A stretch of 11,793 nucleotides of DNA from Candidatus Margulisiibacteriota bacterium (GCA_043816785.1 JBDRHP010000093.1:1-11793); one strand, 5' to 3'; shown: positions 1 through 8,709, counted from the stretch's first letter. The notes: a model not told the origin generated them from the sequence alone. Made by a program: numbers and translations.

Positions 1-374
1 GAAACAAATTCCAGCAGAACTCTTTCCTGGTTTCCTGCCTGGCTTGTTCCCCAAGCATGATCCAACTGCAGAATATCCTGGGTGGTTTGCTGGAGAAAGC
101 TGTTGTTTAAGAAAATATTGACAAAACCTGGTTTGACGAATTCAACTTTAGAAACAAGCTTTTCTTTATCCAGCTCAGTGACTTTCTTAGAGATTTGTTC
201 AGCCAGCTTAAGAGGATTCTGTTTTAGCTTTCGGCCATAGATGATCGCGATATTTGAGGCATAGTCGCCTAATTCCTGGCGCGGCGGAATATCAACCCGG
301 AATTCCAGGTCAGCCTGAATCCCTAATGCAGCGAGAACGGATCCTAGAATGGATGAGATCTTGGTTTTGGCCAT
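1..374 (-). CDS. argS: Arginine--tRNA ligase, N-terminal part (truncated by the window edge)
   Basis: Not in the ORF track. Manual translation from the ATG at 374 gives MAKTKISSILGSVLAALGIQADLEFRVDIPPRQELGDYASNIA...NPLKLAEQI...VEFVKPGFVNIFL...ERVLLEFV(S). GDYASN, PGFVN and LLEFVS (just before the NPTG/HIGH motif) are typical of the ArgRS N-terminus. Confidence 0.93.
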   Translation of the reverse strand, partial: MAKTKISSILGSVLAALGIQADLEFRVDIPPRQELGDYASNIAIIYGRKLKQNPLKLAEQISKKVTELDKEKLVSKVEFVKPGFVNIFLNNSFLQQTTQDILQLDHAWGTSQAGNQERVLLEFV

Positions 375-385
375 GAACTGAAAGA

Positions 386-559
386 CTACTCTTCTTTCCG
401 AGTAATCTCTTCTTTCAGCTCTGTAAACTTGCCTTTTCCCTTTTCAATCGATTCCTGGAGCTTTTTCCTGGTTTCTTCACCCTTTTGCGGAGCAAAAAGC
501 AAGCCCATCACAAAACCAATGATACTGCCAATCGTCAAACTCTTAAATATTCTGCCCAT
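386..559 (-). CDS. YtxH domain-containing small membrane protein (57 aa)
   Basis: MGRIFKSLTIGSIIGFVMGLLFAPQKGEETRKKL matches the YtxH pattern of a Gly-rich hydrophobic helix followed by AP.xG.ETR. Start moved from 604 to the ATG at 559 because AGGAGG lies at 565-570 and the upstream extension is only translated repeat sequence. Confidence 0.85.
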   Translation of the reverse strand: MGRIFKSLTIGSIIGFVMGLLFAPQKGEETRKKLQESIEKGKGKFTELKEEITRKEE

Positions 560-571
560 TTTAACCTCCTT

Positions 572-617
572 AGTCCCGAGCGAGTGGCGAGCTTGTCGAG
601 CCACCAGTCGAGGGACT
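572..617. repeat. REP-like palindromic element, family A (CCCGAGCGAG...AGTCGAGGG), copy 1
   Basis: Outer stem AGTCCC (572-577) / GGGACT (612-617) and inner stem GTGGC (584-588) / GCCAC (600-604). Shares CCCGAGCGAG and AGTCGAGGG exactly with the copy at 11260-11291. Confidence 0.8.
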
Positions 618-919
618 TATTTACTTTCTTTCTTTAAAAGGACCTGCAGCCCTTTTTTTAAGCCGGAAATAAACGCTACCATGGTCGAACTATCTGTCTT
701 CAGTTTTTTTTTTAGCGTTTTTTGGGCACCGCCAAATCCGCCAAACAACATAGAAACAATATCAATGGCTGAGGTCACAGCCTTAACCTTTTTTGTAACA
801 TCCTTGGTCATTTTGCGGACATCTAACAGGATCATTACCCCAATAATTACTCCCACCGCCAAAGCCAGTAAAAGAAGGATCCCGGAAAAAATCAAAACAT
901 TAATTAAAATCTCCTGCAT
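617..919 (-). CDS. Single-pass membrane protein with a Lys-rich helical tail (100 aa), DUF948/YtxG-like
   Basis: Long N-terminal hydrophobic helix followed by a basic, coiled-coil-like segment (LLDVRKMTKDVTKKVKAVTSAID). GGAGGA SD at 926-931. It lies between two YtxH genes. The family call is inferred from topology and context. Confidence 0.6.
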   Translation of the reverse strand: MQEILINVLIFSGILLLLALAVGVIIGVMILLDVRKMTKDVTKKVKAVTSAIDIVSMLFGGFGGAQKTLKKKLKTDSSTMVAFISGLKKGLQVLLKKESK

Positions 920-921
920 AA

Positions 922-1149
922 TTATTCCTCCATCTCCTTGGCTACTTTATCAGCCTCTTGCTGACCAGCTTCAAACGCCTCAACAAACCGCTCGATCAGA
1001 TCATCGAGCTCAAATTCCTTAAGCTTATCCTTAAGCATCTCCCGGGTTTTCTCTCCGGTTAAAGGGGCCAAGACCACTCCCGCGGCAGCTCCAATCAGCC
1101 CCCCCAGCAACAACCCTTCCAGGAAATGAAAACTTTTTCCTTCACTCAT
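922..1149 (-). CDS. YtxH domain-containing small membrane protein (75 aa)
   Basis: FLEGLLLGGLIGAAAGVVLAPLTGEKTREMLK is a YtxH signature, followed by an acidic helical tail. Confidence 0.87.
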   Translation of the reverse strand: MSEGKSFHFLEGLLLGGLIGAAAGVVLAPLTGEKTREMLKDKLKEFELDDLIERFVEAFEAGQQEADKVAKEMEE

Positions 1150-1155
1150 AGCTTA

Positions 1156-1184
1156 ATTCTAACCTACCACCACTGAACTTGCAA
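1156..1184 (-). promoter_or_regulatory. Putative sigma70 promoter for the YtxH trio (probably leaderless transcript)
   Basis: Minus strand reads TTGCAA (1184-1179), 17 nt, TAGAAT (1161-1156), 6 nt, ATG (1149). There is no SD between the -10 and the ATG. Confidence 0.7.
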
Positions 1185-1187
1185 TAT

Positions 1188-2075
1188 TCATTTTGTTGCC
1201 CTGGGACCTGCCTGCCGGCAGGCAGGGTAAGAGCCTAACAGCTTCAAAAATGAGGCCAACCGCTTTATTTCTTTCAAGGCCCCTGCAACATGTTTGCTCC
1301 TGCGGTGGCCGTACAGATCAGCAAAGAAGTAATAATCACCCAGGGCTTTTTTTGATGGCCGGGATTCTATCTTGGTCAGGTTAATATTTCGTTTGGCAAA
1401 GACATCCAAAACATCATGCAGCCCGCCCGGCCGGTCCTTACGGATGGAGAAAACAATCGAGGTCTTGTCTTTTTTGGTTGGCGGATGGTCTTGCTTGCCC
1501 AGGACAATAAAACGGGTCTGGTTTTCTTTGGCATTGATCTTTTTTGCCAGGACCTTTAGGCCATAAAGTTTAGCTGACGCGATATTGCCAATGGCGGCAA
1601 AAATACTGCCCTTGACCCGGCCATGCGCTATGACCTTCTCCCCCAATGAAGTCGCGACCTCTCTTACAGCCTGCGAGGTGCTGTAGGAAAGATGGAGTTT
1701 AACTTTTGGCAGTTTTTTTCTAAGGAAATCCTTGCATTGGTCAAGCGCCTGGGGATGAGACATTACATCGGTCACTTCAGACAATTTGGTGCCCTGCTGG
1801 GCGATCAAATAATGATAAATGGGGATGACTATTTCCTGCTTGATGACCAGATCAACATCCTTCACCAGCATATCAGTAACAATACCAATAGTTCCCTCGA
1901 TCGAGTTCTCGATCGGAACGATAGCCTCAGAGATCTTGCCGCGCTCAACAGCGAATAACAGGTCATGGATCGTGGTGTAGGCGATCAATTCATTTTTACC
2001 GGGAACTCGGCGCAGATAGATATTGCTCGCTTCCTCGGAAAAAGTTCCTTCCGGGCCCAGAAATCCGATTTTCAT
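1188..2075 (-). CDS. pheA: Prephenate dehydratase (monofunctional PDT plus ACT domain)
   Basis: Motifs [43 protein letters not shown] and LGSYP. No N-terminal chorismate mutase domain. Confidence 0.96.
   Translation of the reverse strand: MKIGFLGPEGTFSEEASNIYLRRVPGKNELIAYTTIHDLLFAVERGKISEAIVPIENSIEGTIGIVTDMLVKDVDLVIKQEIVIPIYHYLIAQQGTKLSEVTDVMSHPQALDQCKDFLRKKLPKVKLHLSYSTSQAVREVATSLGEKVIAHGRVKGSIFAAIGNIASAKLYGLKVLAKKINAKENQTRFIVLGKQDHPPTKKDKTSIVFSIRKDRPGGLHDVLDVFAKRNINLTKIESRPSKKALGDYYFFADLYGHRRSKHVAGALKEIKRLASFLKLLGSYPACRQAGPRATK
1207..1226. repeat. Perfect 20-bp palindrome CCTGCCTGCCGGCAGGCAGG (REP-like family B) inside the 3' end of pheA
   Basis: The sequence equals its own reverse complement and is read in frame as part of PACRQAG. 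Confidence 0.9.
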
Positions 2076-2527
2076 ACCTTGGCCTCCTCATATTTAATTA
2101 CTTTGAGTTTACTTTCCTTAAGCATTTCCAGCGCCAACTCATCAGGATAACCTCCAGCATAGACCAGGCGGACGATCCCGGCGTTAATAATCATTTTAAC
2201 GCAGATAACGCAGGGCTGGTACGTGCAATACATGGTGGCGCCTTCGATCCTCACCCCGTGCCAGGCAGCTTGGATAATAGCATTTTGCTCAGCATGGAGC
2301 CCGCGGCATAACTCATGCCGCTGACCAGAAGGAACATGCATCTGTTTTCGCAAGCAGGTTTGGTCAGAGCAATGATCAAACCCCTTGGGCGCGCCGTTGT
2401 AACCAGTTGCCAGGATGCGGTTATCCTTGACCGCCACGGCGCCAACCTTGCGCTTAACGCAAATGGCGCGCTCGGAAACATCCTGCGCGATCTTCATAAA
2501 GTATTCATCCCAGCTTGGCCTGCTCAT
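2072..2527 (-). CDS. Cytidine/deoxycytidylate (dCMP) deaminase family protein, ComEB-like
   Basis: RPSWDEYFM start, [14 protein letters not shown], and the zinc motifs HAEQNA and PCVIC. Confidence 0.92.
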   Translation of the reverse strand: MSRPSWDEYFMKIAQDVSERAICVKRKVGAVAVKDNRILATGYNGAPKGFDHCSDQTCLRKQMHVPSGQRHELCRGLHAEQNAIIQAAWHGVRIEGATMYCTYQPCVICVKMIINAGIVRLVYAGGYPDELALEMLKESKLKVIKYEEAKV

Positions 2528-3474
2528 TTTTTCCTCTTCAAAACATTCCGTACAGCAGCAATAATATCATTGGGGGTTAATCCGTACTTAACCAGGAGCT
2601 CCGCGGGCTGACCCGACTCACCAAACATGTCTTTTACCCCTACTCTAGCCATGGGCACACAAGCGTTCTCCACCAGCACCTCAGCCACCGCACCGCCTAA
2701 CCCGCCAAGGATGGAATGTTCCTCAGCCGTCACCACAGCGCCGGTTTCCTCTGCGCACTTTATAATAAGCTGCTTGTCTATCGGTTTGATAGTATGGAGA
2801 TTCACCACTCGGCAATCAACGCCCTTCTTTTGCAATTCCTCAGCCGCCTCCAAGGCCTGGCTCACCATCAGGCCGCAGGCAAAAACAGTAACATCATTAC
2901 CATTACGCATTGTTACGCCCTTGCCGATCTTAAAGTCAGATTTTTCGTCTTCGTAAAGGACCGGCGTCTTAAGCCGGCTCAATCTAATGTACATTGGGCC
3001 ATAAAACTTTGCCGCCTCCCTGATGACCCTGGCAGTCTCCACTCCGTCAGCCGGCACGATCACTGTCATGTTCGGCAAGACACGCATAATAGCAATATCC
3101 TCGTTCGCCTGATGAGAAGCGCCGTCTTCGCCGGTGGTGATCCCGCCGTGAGTAACAACTAACTTAACATTCAATCTGGTATAAGCCATAGACATCCGCA
3201 CCTGGTCCCAGGCTCGTCCCGCGCCAAAAACCGCAAAGGTCGAAGCAAAGACGGTTTTGCCGCAGGCCGCTAAACCAGCTGCTGTACTGATCATGTCCTG
3301 CTCAGCAACACCCATATCAAAAAAGCGTTCTGGAAATTCTTTAGCAAAGATGGACGTTTTAGTGGAACAAGCCAGATCAGCATCTAAAACAACAATATTA
3401 GGATTTTCTCTGCCTATTTCTACCAGCGTTTTGCCGTAAACATCTCGGGTAGCAAGAAATTTCTTTTCACTCAT
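2524..3474 (-). CDS. Transketolase C-terminal subunit (pyrimidine-binding plus C-terminal domains)
   Basis: Motifs [31 protein letters not shown] and [10 protein letters not shown]. Confidence 0.93.
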   Translation of the reverse strand: MSEKKFLATRDVYGKTLVEIGRENPNIVVLDADLACSTKTSIFAKEFPERFFDMGVAEQDMISTAAGLAACGKTVFASTFAVFGAGRAWDQVRMSMAYTRLNVKLVVTHGGITTGEDGASHQANEDIAIMRVLPNMTVIVPADGVETARVIREAAKFYGPMYIRLSRLKTPVLYEDEKSDFKIGKGVTMRNGNDVTVFACGLMVSQALEAAEELQKKGVDCRVVNLHTIKPIDKQLIIKCAEETGAVVTAEEHSILGGLGGAVAEVLVENACVPMARVGVKDMFGESGQPAELLVKYGLTPNDIIAAVRNVLKRKK

Positions 3475-4316
3475 ATTTCAAGATCCTTAAGCTGGCATAA
3501 TTCGGCAATAGCCTTTTTTTCTTCCTCAGGGGTTGGCGCTTTGCCATGATAATCAAGGGGGCTTTCCTCCATAAAAGAAACGCCTTTACCCTTAACAGTG
3601 TCCGCTATAATAACTGATGGTTTGCCGCCTGTCTTGCCTGCTTTTTCCAGGGCCTCAATAATAGATTTAATATTATGCCCATCACAAGACAAGACGTTCC
3701 AGCCAAAGGCTCTCCATTTATCAGCAAACGGCGCCAGATTCTTAATATCCTCGACCTTGCCGTCTATTTGATACTTATTGTGATCAACTATCGCAGTCAG
3801 ATTATCCAGCTTGCGATGGCTGGAGGTCATGGCAGCTTCCCAGATTTGGCCCTCATTACACTCGCCATCGCCCATCAAACAATAAACATGATAATCCTTT
3901 TTATCTAATTTGCCCGCCATGGCCATCCCATTAGCCGCTGACAAGCCTTGCCCCAATGACCCTGTCGACATTTCAATACCAGGTAAAGCCAGCATATCAA
4001 TGTGACCCTGGAGCGAGCTGCCTATTTTGCGCAAAGTTTTCAGGTATTTAACCGAAAAATAGCCGGATTCAGCCAAAGCAGCGTAGAGAACCGGGGCTGC
4101 ATGCCCTTTACTCATCACAAAACGATCCCGATCAGCCCAGGAAGGGTCCTCGGGCTTGTGGCGCAGCCAATGAAAATACAGGACAGTGATAATGTCTGCG
4201 GCAGAAAGCGAACCGCCAGGATGGCCTGAAGCAGCAGCGCAGGTCATGGAAATAATATGCTGCCGCAGCTTACTGGCGATCCCAACTAATTCCTTGATTT
4301 TATCTTTAGAAATCAT
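3471..4316 (-). CDS. Transketolase N-terminal subunit (thiamine diphosphate-binding)
   Basis: Motifs SGHPGGSLS, DRFVMSKGHA, LQGH, STGSLGQG, the ThDP motif GDGECNEG...N, and TVKGKGVSFME. Confidence 0.94.
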   Translation of the reverse strand: MISKDKIKELVGIASKLRQHIISMTCAAASGHPGGSLSAADIITVLYFHWLRHKPEDPSWADRDRFVMSKGHAAPVLYAALAESGYFSVKYLKTLRKIGSSLQGHIDMLALPGIEMSTGSLGQGLSAANGMAMAGKLDKKDYHVYCLMGDGECNEGQIWEAAMTSSHRKLDNLTAIVDHNKYQIDGKVEDIKNLAPFADKWRAFGWNVLSCDGHNIKSIIEALEKAGKTGGKPSVIIADTVKGKGVSFMEESPLDYHGKAPTPEEEKKAIAELCQLKDLEI

Positions 4317-5185
4317 GTTGCTGATTTTACCATAATTTTTACCTCTGGCTCAAGAAGAATTTTAAACCGCTCCTTGACCGCTTTTTGCACCCGCGTCATT
4401 ATTTTTATAACATCCTTGGCGTTAGCTTCACCAAGGTTAACAATGAAGTTCGCATGTTTGACAGATACTTGCGCGTCGCCGATGCGCAGGCCCTTGCAGC
4501 CAGCCGCCTCGATCAACCGGCCGGCATAATCGTTCTTGGGGTTTTTAAACACACTGCCGCAGTTTGGTATGCCCAAAGGCTGACTGGCCCGCCGTTTGGT
4601 CAAATAGTACAGCAGGCGCTCCTTGATCAATTTTGGTTTTTTCCGCCGCAGGTTTAGCAAGACCTCGGTCAGGATCCAATTGCTGTTTTGAAACAAACTT
4701 GAGCGGTAGCCCAGCTTGAGTTTGCTTTTTTTTAATACTTTCTCCTGGCCAGCATGATCAAGCACCCGAACCTCAGCAACATACTGACCGATCTCCTTGC
4801 CCCAGGCCCCGGCATTCATCACCACAGCGCCGCCAACTGAGCCTGGCACTCCCGCCAAAAACTCCAAGCCGCCTACTCCTTTTTTGGCCAGTGTCACGAT
4901 CAGGTTAGGCAGCAAGACCCCGGCCCCAACTCGTATTTTGCTGCCTTCGATAGTAACTGTATTTAACCCCCGGCCCAGCTTGATGACCAAGCCCCGGAAA
5001 CCCTGCTCTAAAACCAAAAGATTGGTCCCGCCGCCCAAAACAGCCACCGGCAGCTTATTTTTTCTGGCCAGCTCTAAAGCCTCAGCTAATTCCTCGATAT
5101 TTTTCGGTTGAAAAAAATAATCCGCCAGTCCGCCGATGCGCAAAGAAGTATGTTTTTTTAATGGTTCGTTGCGTTGAAATTTCAT
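4313..5185 (-). CDS. murB: UDP-N-acetylenolpyruvoylglucosamine reductase (short, type II-like)
   Basis: Motifs HTSLRIGG, GGGTNLL, GVPGSVGGAVVMNAGA, GSVFKNP, HANFIVN and EPEV. Confidence 0.97.
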   Translation of the reverse strand: MKFQRNEPLKKHTSLRIGGLADYFFQPKNIEELAEALELARKNKLPVAVLGGGTNLLVLEQGFRGLVIKLGRGLNTVTIEGSKIRVGAGVLLPNLIVTLAKKGVGGLEFLAGVPGSVGGAVVMNAGAWGKEIGQYVAEVRVLDHAGQEKVLKKSKLKLGYRSSLFQNSNWILTEVLLNLRRKKPKLIKERLLYYLTKRRASQPLGIPNCGSVFKNPKNDYAGRLIEAAGCKGLRIGDAQVSVKHANFIVNLGEANAKDVIKIMTRVQKAVKERFKILLEPEVKIMVKSAT

Positions 5186-6567
5186 TTTTTTATCTTTAAG
5201 CGTGACAGGAACTCTTTCCCAACAGTGTATATATCACCTGCACCCAAGGTCATGATCAAGTCACCCTCTTTGACATCCTGCATTAAATGATCAACGATCT
5301 TTTCCTTTCTGGCGATATATTCCACATCTTTGCCTTCGATGGCATCGGCGATCGTTTTGCCGGAGATACCAGGGATCGGCGGCTCTGACGCCGCGTAAAT
5401 ATCAGTAATAATAATCTTATCCGCGTCACCAAAGGCTTGGCCAAAACGGTCCTTGAGCAGCATGGTGCGACTGAAGCGATGCGGCTGAAAAACACAGATC
5501 ACTCGCCGTTTGGGCCAGCCCAACCTGGCGGCCGAGAGTGTGGCCCGAACCTCTGTGGGATGGTGAGCATAGTCATCTACGATTAAAATGCCATTGTATT
5601 CTCCAACGGTCTGAAATCTTCGCCGGGCGCCGACAAAAGTCCGCAGGGCTGCGGCTATGGCATGAAAGTCGAGGCCAAATTCAAAGCCTACCGCAAAAAC
5701 AGGCAAACTATTCAAAACATTCTGCCAGCCCGGCACGATCAGATCAACCTCGCCCAGCGCTTTACCCGAGCGAACCAATTTAAACCTGGAACCAAAATGT
5801 TTAAAGTTCAAGTCCCTGGCAGTATACTCTGCTTCACCGTTCAACCCATAAGTAATAAAACGGGTCTCAAGCTTCTTCATCAGATCACGGTTATTGGCGT
5901 CATTAACATCCAGGATAATAAAACCGTCCTTAGCGATCCGTTTAGCAAATTTCTCAAAGGTTTTCAACAACCTGGCCATCGTGCCAAAGCGTTCCATGTG
6001 ATCATCTTCAATATTGGTAATTATCTCAACAGTCGGGGAAAGATATAAAAAAGAGCTGTCAGATTCATCCGCCTCAGCTACCGCGAATTTGCCATCTCCA
6101 AGCTTAGCGTTGCCTTCAATGTAATCCATGTCACAACCAATAAAATATGTCGGTAAAAACTTGCCAGCATCAAGGACCTTAGCGATCATCGCCGAAGTTG
6201 TTGTTTTTCCATGGGTGCCAGCCACCGCAATTCTATTCTGGCTTTGATCCATGATCCAGGACAACATCTCCGCCCGCTTAATTATCCGCGTTCCATTAGC
6301 CCGCGCTTGCTTAAATTCAACATTTTCCGCCGTGACTGCTGATGAATAGATCAACAAGTCAGCTTCGCGCACGTGGATCGCTTTGTGGCCGATATAGATC
6401 TTAACCCCCAGGTCCTTTAAACGGATAGTGTTGGGCCCTTCTTTAACATCCGAGCCGCTCACTTTATAGCCCATCTCGTACAGGACCTTAGCCAGGCCAG
6501 ACATGCCGCAGCCGCCAACGCCAACTAAGTGAATATTTTTTATTCGCTCCATATCCAGATCAGGCAT
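5182..6567 (-). CDS. murC: UDP-N-acetylmuramate--L-alanine ligase
   Basis: Motifs GVGGCGMSGLA, GTHGKTTT, EADESD, DDYAHHPTE and FQPHR. Start placed at the ATG at 6567, overlapping the murG stop by 8 nt. The ATG at 6552 is an alternative, and the TTG at 6582 is less likely. Confidence 0.96.
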   Translation of the reverse strand: MPDLDMERIKNIHLVGVGGCGMSGLAKVLYEMGYKVSGSDVKEGPNTIRLKDLGVKIYIGHKAIHVREADLLIYSSAVTAENVEFKQARANGTRIIKRAEMLSWIMDQSQNRIAVAGTHGKTTTSAMIAKVLDAGKFLPTYFIGCDMDYIEGNAKLGDGKFAVAEADESDSSFLYLSPTVEIITNIEDDHMERFGTMARLLKTFEKFAKRIAKDGFIILDVNDANNRDLMKKLETRFITYGLNGEAEYTARDLNFKHFGSRFKLVRSGKALGEVDLIVPGWQNVLNSLPVFAVGFEFGLDFHAIAAALRTFVGARRRFQTVGEYNGILIVDDYAHHPTEVRATLSAARLGWPKRRVICVFQPHRFSRTMLLKDRFGQAFGDADKIIITDIYAASEPPIPGISGKTIADAIEGKDVEYIARKEKIVDHLMQDVKEGDLIMTLGAGDIYTVGKEFLSRLKIKK

Positions 6568-7615
6568 AAAGATAATCAACAATCCTTTCCGCCGCCTCCG
6601 GCCTGGCCAGAGCGCGGGCAGCTTGTTTCATTGTATCATAATTAAGAGAGTTATCATTTATCAGCGCAATAAATTTATTAGGCGTAAAATCTTTATCTTC
6701 CACCACCGCCGCCGCGCCCCCATCAGCAATAACATTGGCGTTGAGACGCTGATGGTCCTCCGCAGCAAAAGGAAAAGGGATCAAGATCATGGGCAAACCC
6801 CGAACCAAAAATTCGGCAATCGCCGTTGCCCCGGCTCTGCTGATCACCAGGTCAGCCGCGGCTAAGGCAGAGGCTATATCATGGATATAAGGCAAAGCCT
6901 CGTAGTTCTTGATCTCCTTGCCTGCCAGGTAGCTATTGACCCAGCCGGAATCGCGGAGGCCGATTATGTGGAGGACACGAACCCCGGCAGGCAAATCCGC
7001 CAGCGAGGAAAGGACTGTTTCATTTATTTTTTTTGCCCCTTGACTCCCGCCCATTACCAGAACGGTCTTTTCACCGGCTAAATTAAATTTTTTGCGGGCT
7101 GTTGCTCGATCAGCTAAAATGATCTCCCGCCGGATCGGATTGCCCACCACCTCACCCTGTAAATATTTTTTTGATTGGGAAAAAGATAAAAAGCATTTAC
7201 TGGCCATTTTTCTGGACAAACGATTGACCGCGCCTGGCAAAACATTTTGTTCGTGGAGCACGATCGGCAACCGGAGCAATTTCGCGGCCAGGACCACGGG
7301 CAGACTGGCGTAGCCGCCGGTCGAGACAACGACATCAGCGGCAAAATTCTTTAAAATTATCAGGGATTGAATAAAACCAACGAAAGACACAAACGGCGCT
7401 GAAACAGCCTTATACGAAAGTTTTCGCAGCAGGGCCCGCGCCTTGATCAATTTAAGATCATACCCTTCGCGCGTGATCAGTTCTTTTTCCAACCCTTCAT
7501 CACTGCCCAGAAAAAGTATGGTTGCCTGAGGGTCTCTGCGTTTGATCGCTTGGGCCAGGGCGATCCCCGGGTAAATATGGCCGCCAGTGCCGCCAGCCGC
7601 AATTGCAATCCTCAT
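6560..7615 (-). CDS. murG: Undecaprenyl-PP-MurNAc-pentapeptide GlcNAc transferase
   Basis: Motifs GGTGGHIYP, GGYAS, HEQN, GNPIR, GGSQGA, SRAGA and DHQRLNA. Confidence 0.97.
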   Translation of the reverse strand: MRIAIAAGGTGGHIYPGIALAQAIKRRDPQATILFLGSDEGLEKELITREGYDLKLIKARALLRKLSYKAVSAPFVSFVGFIQSLIILKNFAADVVVSTGGYASLPVVLAAKLLRLPIVLHEQNVLPGAVNRLSRKMASKCFLSFSQSKKYLQGEVVGNPIRREIILADRATARKKFNLAGEKTVLVMGGSQGAKKINETVLSSLADLPAGVRVLHIIGLRDSGWVNSYLAGKEIKNYEALPYIHDIASALAAADLVISRAGATAIAEFLVRGLPMILIPFPFAAEDHQRLNANVIADGGAAAVVEDKDFTPNKFIALINDNSLNYDTMKQAARALARPEAAERIVDYLYA

Positions 7616-8709
7616 TTGGCCTGCACCTCTGTTAGAGAAATATTCAGCAAAATGCCAACTGAAAAAAGTCCCACAATAGTAGCCGTACCACCATAGCTGA
7701 TAAATGGCAGCGGAATCCCGGTTGTTGGCAGCATGCCCAATACGACCATGATATTAATGAGCGCCTGCAGAGTTAGCCAGCTTACTAACCCCGTCGCCAG
7801 CAAAAAGCTAAAACGATCCCGGGCTTTATAGGCAATCCTGAAGCCTCGCCCCGCCATTATCAGGAACAAAACAACTACCACAGCCCCGCCAAGAAAGCCC
7901 ATCTCCTCACAAAGAATAGCAAAAATAAAATCCGTGAATTGCTGGGGTAAATAAAAGAATTTTTGTTTGGAAGCGCCTAAACCCAAACCAAACAGGCCGC
8001 CGGAGCCAACCGCCAAAAGCGATTGCACAATATGAAAACCAGTCCCTTGCGGGTCTTTCCAGGGATCAATAAAAGCAACGATCCTGCGCAGGCGATAAGG
8101 ACTGGTCAAGGAAAGGCCGATCACGCCGCTGATCCCCACTAGACCAAGTAAAGCCAGATGCAAAGACTTTGCTCCAGCAATAAAAAACATAATAAAGGCT
8201 GTCCCGGCAATGGCGATCGCCGTGCCCAGATCCGGCTGACTGATGATCAAAGCGCAAACCGCTCCAACTAAAATCAAAGGCGGCAGCAGGCCAAGAAAGA
8301 AATCCTCAATTTTTTTGCCAGCCTTTGACAGCCAACCAGCCAAGAACAAGATCATAGTAAATTTAATTAATTCTGATGGCTGAAAAGAAAACCCCAGCAG
8401 GTTGATCCAACGCGACGCCCCGCTGATATTTTTTCCTACTCCAGGTATATAGACCAGCAGCAACAAAACAATGGACAACCCCAGGATCAAGGCTGCCCAT
8501 TTCTTCAAGATCCGCAGATCTAAGCGCAGGCCAAAATAAAGCGCGCTAAACCCTAATAACAGGTAAAAGATATGCCTTTTTAAAAAGTAATAGCTATCGC
8601 CCAGTTTTAAAGCCATGGTCGGGCTGGCGGAAAAGATCATGATGGAACCTATGGCCGTCAGCGCCAAACAGGCAAATAAAAAAATATAATCCACTCTCGG
8701 CTTACGCAT
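7612..8709 (-). CDS. ftsW: SEDS family peptidoglycan polymerase FtsW
   Basis: Polytopic membrane protein with GASRWI, FQPSELIK, QPDLGT, TDFIFAI.CEE.G and LPFISYGG, located between murD and murG. Start placed at the ATG at 8709 (MRKPRVDY). The 24-aa extension to the TTG at 8781 is translated repeat sequence. Confidence 0.93.
   Translation of the reverse strand: MRKPRVDYIFLFACLALTAIGSIMIFSASPTMALKLGDSYYFLKRHIFYLLLGFSALYFGLRLDLRILKKWAALILGLSIVLLLLVYIPGVGKNISGASRWINLLGFSFQPSELIKFTMILFLAGWLSKAGKKIEDFFLGLLPPLILVGAVCALIISQPDLGTAIAIAGTAFIMFFIAGAKSLHLALLGLVGISGVIGLSLTSPYRLRRIVAFIDPWKDPQGTGFHIVQSLLAVGSGGLFGLGLGASKQKFFYLPQQFTDFIFAILCEEMGFLGGAVVVVLFLIMAGRGFRIAYKARDRFSFLLATGLVSWLTLQALINIMVVLGMLPTTGIPLPFISYGGTATIVGLFSVGILLNISLTEVQAK

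Noticed and set aside
560..604. 15-aa N-terminal extension of the YtxH ORF in the ORF track
   Set aside because: It starts inside the family A repeat. The AGGAGG SD supports the ATG at 559.
704..713. T10 homopolymer (A10 on the coding strand) as a phase-variation tract
   Set aside because: It encodes LKKKL in a Lys-rich tail with the frame intact, and A-runs are common throughout the window.
429..1022. 197-aa plus-strand ORF
   Set aside because: Antisense shadow of three minus-strand genes that have clear SD sites or family motifs. No recognisable domain.
2524..4316. Transketolase in two ORFs as a frameshifted pseudogene
   Set aside because: Two-subunit transketolases are a well-known form. 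Both halves are complete and joined by an ATGA overlap.
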